Origin: a virus
Lineage: Duplodnaviria > Caudoviricetes
Virus record (IMG/VR): IMGVR_UViG_3300028364_000013
Direction: 5' to 3' (one strand)
DNA: 64,000 bases
Under the pieces are notes generated by a model. It was not told the origin of the DNA and searched no databases. It was given only the letters and a program-made list of their open reading frames with translations. This document shows, in pieces, positions 56,428 to 64,000 of this stretch (the first letter of the stretch is position 1; each line of letters starts with the position of its first letter). Position numbers and translations under genes: made by a program.

Positions 56428-56835
56428 TTATTTTGTTAGAATTGCGTCAGCCTTAGTTTTTACAACATTCATATCAGCGTTCAACCCTTTGAACCCTCCC
56501 ATGATTCTTCCGATGTGGTTTGCACCACCATCAACAAGTTCTTTAAGTTTCTCATCAATTTCAGCATCAGACATTTGCTTTGGCAAGATAGAATCAATGA
56601 AAGCAATCTCCACATCAGTAAGAGAAGGGTTTCCAGTCTTATCAATAGCTTCACTGTTCTTCTTAAGCATTTTTTTAAGCTCCTTAGATACCTCATCATC
56701 AGAAATATTCTTAGGGTCTTTCGACTCTCTTTCAATTTCACCTTTGATAGTTCCGATTACATTCTTCAAATCAAGCTCCTTAGCTTTGTAAGCGTCAGTG
56801 AATGCTGTTTTGACCTGTTCAATTAAAGTTGACAT
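56428..56835 (-). CDS. GatB/YqeY domain protein
   Basis: AYKAKE, IKGEI, LPKQMS, IGRIMG, ADM. Confidence 0.8.
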   Translation of the reverse strand: MSTLIEQVKTAFTDAYKAKELDLKNVIGTIKGEIERESKDPKNISDDEVSKELKKMLKKNSEAIDKTGNPSLTDVEIAFIDSILPKQMSDAEIDEKLKELVDGGANHIGRIMGGFKGLNADMNVVKTKADAILTK

Positions 56836-56899
56836 ATTTTTTATTATTTAAGGCGAAGTTAAAACAAAAATGTTAACCCGCAAAATTTATTTATAATTA
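56764..56899. repeat. Direct repeat copy 1 (yqeY promoter + 5' end)
   Basis: Matches 58186-58322, including the identical TCAATTAAAGTTGACATATTTTT stretch. Confidence 0.85.
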
Positions 56900-56901
56900 T
56901 T

Positions 56902-58005
56902 TTATTTAAGCTCTAAGGCTATGTTGGCAATCTTTCTAACTTGAGAGCTATTAAGACCATCAACTTCTTTTTTCAACCTTTTAATAAGGTCTGGATATTG
57001 ATGCTCCAGTTCTTCATAAGAAAGCTCACCCTCTGGATAAATCATTTCTGATATTGAATCCTCTTCTTCTTCCCAGACAGCAATGTCTCCATTACTTATG
57101 AACATAAGGTCTCTTTTGTCAAGTGGCTCATTCAAAATGTGCTTCTTAAAATACTTGAAGAACCTATCTCCAGATACAGCAAAAAGAGTGTCATACTTCT
57201 CTGAAAGTCCACCCATCTTAACATTGTAGTGTGTTTGAATCCTGGCTTCTTTAAGAGCTTTTCCTCCTTTCGATATTGTCGAGTTCTTAATAACTTTATA
57301 GTGAGTCATCATATCAATGCCTTCACTTTCAATTATATTTCCAACTGCAGTAAGCAAAATATTAACCCTACCAACAGCAAGCTTGTGGTCAGGTCGAAGC
57401 CTTACTATGAATTCATCATGACTAATGAAAACAAAATCATCCTCTTCAAAATCATGACCTTCAATTAACGCATCAACAATTTTTACAATGTTGCTATGCT
57501 GTCTTCTTTGAAGTCTCTTAGGATTTGTGTTTCCAAACACATATTGTCTAAATGACTTTGACTTAGAAAGAGTTGGATGCACGTCCATTTGCAAGCAAAA
57601 ATCTTCCCAAGAACTTCCAAGAACTCCAAAAGAGTCAAATGTTTTAAGGGCGCTGTAGTTTGCTGACTTGAAATCTATAGAAATCAAATATGTATCATCA
57701 TTATTTTTAATTACATCCTTTGTTCTTAATTTATCTGACATCTCCCAGTTCATAAGATTTTTATGAGGCTCAGAGTTGATGATGAAGTTTTTAAGAAGAG
57801 GCAAAGCATAGTCAAGCTTGTAAGACTTTGCGCTTTTATACCCAAGCTCTTCAACATCTCTCTCATATTGCTCAAACTCTTTTACAAGAAGACCAACCCC
57901 AGCATAAAAAGGAGATTTCATCATCGTATCTAAGTAATACTGATAATACTCCTCCACTGGGAAGTTAACTTTAAATAATTTCTGAAATTCTGCTATATCT
58001 TTCAT
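56902..58005 (-). CDS. Minimal family-A-polymerase-like palm protein
   Basis: LISIDFKSANY (motif A-like), RQYVFG, FISHDEFIV (motif C-like). Confidence 0.5.
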   Translation of the reverse strand: MKDIAEFQKLFKVNFPVEEYYQYYLDTMMKSPFYAGVGLLVKEFEQYERDVEELGYKSAKSYKLDYALPLLKNFIINSEPHKNLMNWEMSDKLRTKDVIKNNDDTYLISIDFKSANYSALKTFDSFGVLGSSWEDFCLQMDVHPTLSKSKSFRQYVFGNTNPKRLQRRQHSNIVKIVDALIEGHDFEEDDFVFISHDEFIVRLRPDHKLAVGRVNILLTAVGNIIESEGIDMMTHYKVIKNSTISKGGKALKEARIQTHYNVKMGGLSEKYDTLFAVSGDRFFKYFKKHILNEPLDKRDLMFISNGDIAVWEEEEDSISEMIYPEGELSYEELEHQYPDLIKRLKKEVDGLNSSQVRKIANIALELK

Positions 58006-58185
58006 TATGCGTCTATTGCTTCTTTTGCTCCTTCTGGAACATTGTTTTCAATCTCAACAACTATCTTTCTAAATAAAGCTGAGTCATGGTCTCTACTTGA
58101 CTCAATATCTTTAGATTCTATAATTCTGTTTTGCCCACCGAACCATTGGAAAATTGTATTCTCTTCAGTTCCATAACAATCCAAT

Positions 58186-58322
58186 CCTTAACTCAAGATT
58201 CTTTGCCTTGTAGGCATCAGTAAATGCTGTTTTGATTTTTTCAATTAAAGTTGACATATTTTTATTATTTAGTAGCGAAGTTAAAACAAAATTGTTAACT
58301 TGCAAAATTTATTTTTAATTCT
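58186..58322. repeat. Direct repeat copy 2: truncated yqeY 5' end (MSTLIEKIKTAFTDAYKAKNLEL...*) fused to an unrelated C-terminal remnant
   Basis: Manual translation; diverged duplicate of 56764-56899. Confidence 0.8.
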
Positions 58323-58328
58323 GAATTT

Positions 58329-59858
58329 TTATAAATTTTTTAATAAAAATTCTTTTTTAGAAAGCTTTGCATTTATTTCACTCTCAATCTCTGCCTCAAG
58401 GTTCTCAATAAGTTCTCCAATATTAGGAATCTTAATTTTTATATCATTCAATCCATTCAACTCTTCAACTTCTGGAATTCCATTTACTCTTGATGATGAA
58501 ATAATATCCTCTGATGGATTGAACCCGTAACTTCGAAGCTCTGTTATCAGCTGAGTCAAATTAACTCTATCATCTTCATTACTCTGAATTACATTTGGAA
58601 TAATTATATAAGCATATGGCTTATTGAATAGGTGTAAGTCATCTGGAGTTATAATTCCCTCCTGTAGTTTTTGTCTATCGTCTTTATCAAGGCGTGCGGC
58701 TCTACCAAAAGTTTGAAGGAACTTGCTTTTATTTAAAGTTCTTAATGGCATAATTCCAGTGAAGCCATTAATAGATATTCCTTCAGCCATTGTATCGTAA
58801 TGAAGAACAATTATTTTCTTTGATTTATTGTTTTCATCCTTCTTTAAATTCTTTAAAAAGGTTTGTCTCCTAAATTTTTCTCCATTAATATCATTTCCTA
58901 TTTCTTCGTGTGATGCAATGGAATAAATGTCAACCCCATCCTGTCTAAGCATTTTGTATTCTTTGCTTGCAATAAACTTTTTAATATCTCCAGTACCTTT
59001 CACAGAAATTAAAATCTTTGGACTTAATTTATCGCCAATAGCAGCTCCGTGTTGATTAAAAGACTCATAGATAATCTTGCTAATGCTTTTATCATAATCC
59101 ATGCTATTATAAACATCATCTGTCTTAACGATATGCAATCGAGGACGTATCATTTTTCCAAGCGCAATGGCCTCTCGTGGAATCATTTGATAAAGTATGT
59201 TTCCATACAATTTTGCATTATTCATACCACGACCACTATCAGAAGGGGTATTGATTAAAGTTGCTGTAAAGAAATAACAACGAGAAGAAGACATTGTGTG
59301 CAAAATATCATGAAACTGTTCCTGAACAAGGTAATGAGCCTCATCATTAAGGATAATTGATATTGGTTGCTTATAAAGCTGTTGTCTAGCCATTTCAATT
59401 TTATCAGCAGAATTATATGTCGAAAACATAATCAAGGGAAGTTCCTGTTCCTTGGATTTTTTCATCATATCCTTGATACCATCAACTGATGTTCCAGAGC
59501 CTATTTCTGAAAAAGGAATATCGTGACCATCAACATTAGCCTCCACTCTCATTGCTTCAAGTTCGGATTCTTCTGTCTTTCCACCTGAGTGTACAAAGGA
59601 ATATCTTGCTTCGATTCCATAGTGAACAAGAAATCCATACACCTCTTTAAGAAGTTGGTATGTTAAAAGAATTCTTGGCGCATTGATTACATACATTCTA
59701 AACTGGTCTGGGTTCATCGCAATGTCATTTGCAATAATTGCAGCCTGGCAAAATGTCTTTCCCGTGCCTGTCGGAAGACATATAATTCCCTTGTAATTGT
59801 AAAAAGTAGTTGTAACCGAATCCTTTTGGTAAGGATATAGCCTGTCTAATACATTCAT
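58329..59858 (-). CDS. SF2 (ResIII-like) helicase
   Basis: LPTGTGKT, DEAH, FTAT, EGIS, QTFGRAAR. Confidence 0.88.
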   Translation of the reverse strand: MNVLDRLYPYQKDSVTTTFYNYKGIICLPTGTGKTFCQAAIIANDIAMNPDQFRMYVINAPRILLTYQLLKEVYGFLVHYGIEARYSFVHSGGKTEESELEAMRVEANVDGHDIPFSEIGSGTSVDGIKDMMKKSKEQELPLIMFSTYNSADKIEMARQQLYKQPISIILNDEAHYLVQEQFHDILHTMSSSRCYFFTATLINTPSDSGRGMNNAKLYGNILYQMIPREAIALGKMIRPRLHIVKTDDVYNSMDYDKSISKIIYESFNQHGAAIGDKLSPKILISVKGTGDIKKFIASKEYKMLRQDGVDIYSIASHEEIGNDINGEKFRRQTFLKNLKKDENNKSKKIIVLHYDTMAEGISINGFTGIMPLRTLNKSKFLQTFGRAARLDKDDRQKLQEGIITPDDLHLFNKPYAYIIIPNVIQSNEDDRVNLTQLITELRSYGFNPSEDIISSSRVNGIPEVEELNGLNDIKIKIPNIGELIENLEAEIESEINAKLSKKEFLLKNL

Positions 59859-59863
59859 GATTT

Positions 59864-60451
59864 TTATATTTCTTTAACAATTTCTCTAACTTTATTCCAG
59901 AATGGCATATTATTATCTACCATTGACTTAAGTTGCTTATATCCAACACATCGAACTTTGCTCTTAAACATCTCCTGGTCTGTGTAAAAGTGAAGACCCT
60001 CAGCGGTTGTAAACACAAAGTGACGATAATTCTTTGGATTATCATTGTCTGATACAACGTTGTGTGCGAGCATTCCATCTGAGAATAGATTGGATAGGTG
60101 GTCAATGTTTGAGGTCAGCAGAGACTGTGTATTGGCTCTGAATTTAATTTGAACCACACATGGTTCCATCTTAATATTAACTCCAATTCCATCAACTCCA
60201 TTATCATTTGATTGAACTGGCGAATAGTTATATACTCCAAGTCTGCTATCAACTGGATGAAGTGCAAGAAGAAGTTCAATGAAAAATTCAAACCCATCTC
60301 CAAGGTACATATTTGATTCATATCTTGCTGGGTCAATTAAAGAATGCTCTTCAAGTCTTTTCATAAAAGCAGACATTCTATTGACACCTTCAAATAGGCC
60401 AGCAAGGTCGTGAGACTTTGTTTGGAATTGATGTTGCAGATTGATTTTCAT
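59864..60451 (-). CDS. Putative Mrr-like PD-(D/E)XK nuclease domain protein
   Basis: GDGFE, DNGVDGIG, VVQIKFR. Confidence 0.55.
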   Translation of the reverse strand: MKINLQHQFQTKSHDLAGLFEGVNRMSAFMKRLEEHSLIDPARYESNMYLGDGFEFFIELLLALHPVDSRLGVYNYSPVQSNDNGVDGIGVNIKMEPCVVQIKFRANTQSLLTSNIDHLSNLFSDGMLAHNVVSDNDNPKNYRHFVFTTAEGLHFYTDQEMFKSKVRCVGYKQLKSMVDNNMPFWNKVREIVKEI

Positions 60452-60501
60452 AATTTTCTTATTGGTTCTAACTTGTTATACGCAGATAATAAAAAAATGT
60501 T

Positions 60502-60714
60502 TCACACCCAGACAGGACTTTCAACTTCAAATCCTAATAATTCAATATCAAATGACTTCTGAGTTCTTTGCTCCAGCGGCAAACAGTTCCATTCTTTGAT
60601 TAAGTCTCTTGAGTGACAATATCTCTCAAAGTCTGTCATTGACATATATTCATGGTACGACAAGAAGTGTCCTGCCATCTCAATCATATCCTCTTGTGCC
60701 AATTTAATCTCCAT
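60502..60714 (-). CDS. Hypothetical protein
   Basis: 70 aa after an ECF-type promoter (60721-60748). Confidence 0.55.
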   Translation of the reverse strand: MEIKLAQEDMIEMAGHFLSYHEYMSMTDFERYCHSRDLIKEWNCLPLEQRTQKSFDIELLGFEVESPVWV

Positions 60715-60757
60715 AATTTATTATACGAAGAAATTAAATAAATGTTTCAAATATGCA

Positions 60758-60787
60758 AAAAAGTCAAACTGTGGAGCTTGACTTTTT
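60758..60787. terminator. Hairpin copy 1, AAAAAGTCAA-N10-TTGACTTTTT
   Basis: Perfect 10-bp stem; identical copy at 61923-61952. Confidence 0.65.
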
Positions 60788-60811
60788 GTTAAATTAAGAA
60801 TTTTGGACGGA

Positions 60812-61348
60812 TTATTTTTTTATCATAAGGACTTGATTATGTTCATATGAGGAGTCAAAGTTATCTGGGCCAAAAATATGGAAATTATCTTTAAAATTAT
60901 CAAATGCATTTGAATATAATTTCATTCTTCTTGGCTCTGCTGAAAACATTATCCTATCTTCATTGTGTTTTTCTGAGAAATAATTAATAAGCCAAACTAG
61001 GTGGGATAAAATAGCAAATTGTTCATGCACTCCAGTTATCTGACTAAAGGCTACGCTGTTGTTTGGATTCTCATCTGAACTATAAAAGTTTACTGCATAA
61101 AAACCTATTATGCCATCATCACTTAATGACTCCGCTGATGCCTCTATTACATCTTGATTTTTTGTTTTTACTTTTGTCTGCTTAAGGGATAAATAATATA
61201 CATTTCCATTTTCTGTTTTAAAACCATATTGAAATTCTGACCCCATATCAAATTCCTCAAAAAAAGGTGGTTCTGTTGCTGTGGTAACAGTTTCAGTGAA
61301 CAAGAGTTCACTTAATAATTTTCTCACTTCTTCTCTTATATTTTTCAT
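60812..61348 (-). CDS. Hypothetical protein
   Basis: 178 aa, N-terminus MKNIREEVRKLLSELLFTE. Confidence 0.65.
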   Translation of the reverse strand: MKNIREEVRKLLSELLFTETVTTATEPPFFEEFDMGSEFQYGFKTENGNVYYLSLKQTKVKTKNQDVIEASAESLSDDGIIGFYAVNFYSSDENPNNSVAFSQITGVHEQFAILSHLVWLINYFSEKHNEDRIMFSAEPRRMKLYSNAFDNFKDNFHIFGPDNFDSSYEHNQVLMIKK

Positions 61349-61351
61349 AAT

Positions 61352-61849
61352 TTACAAATTTAAAACTGATGTTGAACCTGTTTTTTGTGTTTTAAAACTT
61401 GAGCTCTCTTTTATAAAGTCTCTATTTTTTTTCCAAAAAGATAGATTATTCAATTTATCATTTGCTCCTCCCCAAATATAATCGTACTTATCTTTAAAAT
61501 ATCCTCTTTCAAATTGGATGAACTTTGACCCTAGTCCAATTCTCTGAAAGTCTGGGTGGATGCAGAATAAAGCGCCATGAAGACCTTTTTTTCCCTCATA
61601 ATAAGCAGCCTCATCCTCAAGCCATGCATGGCAAATATTAGACTCACAAAGAGAGTGAAAGCCAACTCTATTTCCGTCAACAAGCATAACAAGGTCATCT
61701 TCATCAAATCCGTGATTTAATATTGAATCAGCTACAAATTCTAAAGATAAAAAACTATCAAATGGTTTAAATGTTCTTAGAATTAATCTCGCAACTCCAA
61801 ACCTATCTTTGTTTGTTGCTTTTCTTATTGTATATTCAAATGGTTCCAT
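61352..61849 (-). CDS. GNAT acetyltransferase
   Basis: IHPDFQRIGLGS acetyl-CoA motif; TATTTATA at 61854-61861. Confidence 0.75.
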   Translation of the reverse strand: MEPFEYTIRKATNKDRFGVARLILRTFKPFDSFLSLEFVADSILNHGFDEDDLVMLVDGNRVGFHSLCESNICHAWLEDEAAYYEGKKGLHGALFCIHPDFQRIGLGSKFIQFERGYFKDKYDYIWGGANDKLNNLSFWKKNRDFIKESSSFKTQKTGSTSVLNL

Positions 61850-61922
61850 TGACTATAAATAGATTTATTTTAAAACTTTTTCTGAGTGTAAATTGGTGAG
61901 ATTTAAGATGGTGCTTAAAAAT

Positions 61923-61952
61923 AAAAAGTCAAACTGTGGAGCTTGACTTTTT
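61923..61952. terminator. Hairpin copy 2
   Basis: Identical to 60758-60787. Confidence 0.65.
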
Positions 61953-61982
61953 TAAATTAGAATTATGTTGTTTTATGAATTT

Positions 61983-62300
61983 TCAACCATTAAAAGAATA
62001 CAACTTACAATTATTTAAGTCTAATAAATCATTAGACTTATTTTTATCTCCATCAGTTCTGAAATATTTATTATCTACAAGAATAACCTCTGTTCCATCA
62101 CTTGTCATCATTTCAAATTCAACAGCATCTTTACTGTTTTTCAACTCATTAATTACATCAATAAGTTCTTGTTTTTCTCTAACTTTATAATGCATTTTAC
62201 CAGTTCCGTCTGATAAAACAGCGTTTTCATCATAAACTCCAATTTGTTCAATAATGCCATCTTCATTTAAGATTGTGCATTTAAAAATTAACCTTTCCAT
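61983..62300 (-). CDS. DUF3892-like protein
   Basis: KYFRTDGDKNKSNDLLDL; TACATTTG promoter at 62323-62330. Confidence 0.55.
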   Translation of the reverse strand: MERLIFKCTILNEDGIIEQIGVYDENAVLSDGTGKMHYKVREKQELIDVINELKNSKDAVEFEMMTSDGTEVILVDNKYFRTDGDKNKSNDLLDLNNCKLYSFNG

Positions 62301-62401
62301 GTTTTATATTTTTTTATATATGCAAATGTAAAGCTATTTTGTTTATCCTGCAATTAAATCATTAATTATTTTTTTAATGTCTTTATTTTTATAGGAAATT
62401 C

Positions 62402-63307
62402 TTAATAGTTGGATGTTCTAAACATATTATTCATATTAATCAAAGTTCTATTTGACTCAGGAAGAGTATCAAAATAATTTTTTATTTTTTTTGAATAATT
62501 ACATAAATCAATAATGAAAAAAGACATAATTATATTTGAAAATTCGAGGGCAAACCTTGTTATTTTATCATCGTCATTAGAAATATTATAAATATCTACA
62601 AATTGAATTGACGACAAATAAGTTGGATGAGTACATGTGGAGAGGTAAGTGTAAAATTTGCTAAGTCCAGAAAAATTAACACCAGACCTTTCAAATAATT
62701 CTTGCCATCCAACTTTTTTTGCTGAATCAGAATTTATTACAACTTTCCAGTTATTTTTATCAACATTTCTTAAAACATCTTGTGACTTTGTTGTTAATAA
62801 ATTAAAAAAACTGTTTAAGGTTATTTGTGATTTTATGTTTTCTATTTCCAACCTTTCCGTTTCCTTTTTTTCTATATTTTCTTGAGTTGTTGCTGAATAT
62901 GTTTGTCTATTTTTCAATCCAGACATTTTCCAAACAAGATATTTAAGCTCTTTTTCTTCTTCTGAATTTTGCTGAATCATAATGTTATTAAAATTACAAA
63001 AGGATTCAAATTGAGCTCTAACTAAACTCCAAGTAGAAAATGGGTCTGTCATTGTGAGTTTAGCATAATCACACTCGTAGTCAAAATTATTAGCTGAATT
63101 CATTATAGAAATTGATTTAAGGGTAGATATTTTAAAAGTATTAAACACATCTCTATCTAAATCGGAAAAATCATTATTATCAATACAATTAAAAATTGCA
63201 ATAGATGTGTTAGTTATCAACTTATTAGATTTTAGTTGCCTTTCTATTGTTTGTGGGTTTTGTAATTTTAATAGTTCATTTTGTGTTTTTAATGATGGAT
63301 TTTGCAT
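62402..63307 (-). CDS. Hypothetical protein (DUF5677/HEPN-like helical fold possible)
   Basis: VRAQFE...YTYLSTCTHP. Confidence 0.5.
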   Translation of the reverse strand: MQNPSLKTQNELLKLQNPQTIERQLKSNKLITNTSIAIFNCIDNNDFSDLDRDVFNTFKISTLKSISIMNSANNFDYECDYAKLTMTDPFSTWSLVRAQFESFCNFNNIMIQQNSEEEKELKYLVWKMSGLKNRQTYSATTQENIEKKETERLEIENIKSQITLNSFFNLLTTKSQDVLRNVDKNNWKVVINSDSAKKVGWQELFERSGVNFSGLSKFYTYLSTCTHPTYLSSIQFVDIYNISNDDDKITRFALEFSNIIMSFFIIDLCNYSKKIKNYFDTLPESNRTLINMNNMFRTSNY

Positions 63308-63562
63308 ATTCTAAATTTATAATTTTTTGTCTCAATTAAATATACGCAAATTTAACACTTTTGTTTCAAAAAAACCAAATCTTTTTTAAATAAAAAATTT
63401 CCAACACAAATTAATGCATTGGAAATAAGTGTTTTAAAGAATATTATTTTTCTTTAGTCTATGAATTGTTTGTTAAATCTGAAATCTATCATTTATTTTT
63501 AAAATTTTTGTAAAAACTTTCCATATTCAAATAAAGAGCATCAGTGAAAATATGAGGCTCTA

Positions 63563-64000
63563 TTAAAAATTTAGGTATTTTTTTTCTCTACAAGAACAGA
63601 ATTTATTTTTAATACATTCACCGATAAGCCATTTAATTAACTTAATTCTTATTTTAAAGTTCATTTCTTTTTTGTTAAAAATAACAATCGTAGAAAAATC
63701 AAAAGTGCTTTTGTCTTCTGTATTAATTGGCTTATTAAGTACAAGTGTAACCATTTTACCTTCTTCTCCTTTAAAAAACTGAGTAAATACTTTGAAGTAA
63801 TATTTATTATTAGAATATTTTATTCCATTTTTGTTGTTATCAGCATAATACCAAATAACTTTTGTTTTAGCATTCACTAAATCATCACCTTCAAATTCAT
63901 AGTCTCTTATTGATATTTTATTTGTTAAGTATTCAACAAGTTTAAAAAATAACCAACTAATCAACATAGGAAATAATATTTTTGCGATTAACCATTCAAA
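63563..64000 (-). CDS. Hypothetical protein, probably extending beyond the window
   Basis: Frame is open from 64000 into the called ORF (63563-63967). Confidence 0.5.
   Translation of the reverse strand, partial: FEWLIAKILFPMLISWLFFKLVEYLTNKISIRDYEFEGDDLVNAKTKVIWYYADNNKNGIKYSNNKYYFKVFTQFFKGEEGKMVTLVLNKPINTEDKSTFDFSTIVIFNKKEMNFKIRIKLIKWLIGECIKNKFCSCREKKYLNF

Noticed and set aside
1-64000. Ordinary bacterial chromosome (lysS, argS, clpP, coaD, rnr, rpoD-like)
   Set aside because: No bacterial operon synteny, many HEGs and short orphans, a terminase-like gene and uniform promoter classes favour a large phage; not proven, since no capsid or tail genes are in the window.
1-64000. tRNA/rRNA genes, inteins, reverse transcriptase or DGR
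   Set aside because: No cloverleaf-like intergenic segments, intein splice motifs or RT motifs recognised; a tRNAscan/Infernal run would be needed to exclude them fully.

Overview
Gene-dense, AT-rich segment best read as part of a very large (jumbo) phage infecting a Bacteroidota host. This is an inference from Bacteroidota-type RpoD-like and ECF sigma factors, TAnnTTTG promoters, a T9SS C-terminal domain, TPR-SpoIIE phosphatase and LysRS, all non-syntenic and mixed with many short orphan ORFs and about 13 free-standing homing-endonuclease genes (HEGs) or remnants. Standard genetic code; no tRNA, rRNA, CRISPR, intron or intein is supported. Main signal: a ~7.1 kb integron-like element (9669-16760) with an intact tyrosine recombinase that appears to lack the IntI-specific insertion, an attI-like half site and 15 cassettes separated by attC-like imperfect palindromes. 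Each cassette is bounded by its own complementary GTT.../...AAC cores, all cassette ORFs point toward the integrase, and several start inside the attC loop. The element sits inside the RNase R gene, and both halves remain open ORFs. Related patterns: an RNA ligase split by an intron-less GIY-YIG HEG, a recD2 whose 3' end was replaced by a HEG cassette, and three RHH+HEG operons. Also present: a 16-site ECF-type promoter set (AAC-N16-CGTATA), an orphan IS200/IS605 TnpB right-end/omegaRNA fragment, a terminase-ATPase/RHH fusion, a minimal PolA-like palm protein, and a tRNA/RNA maintenance gene set. Family names come from motif recognition by eye, not from database searches.
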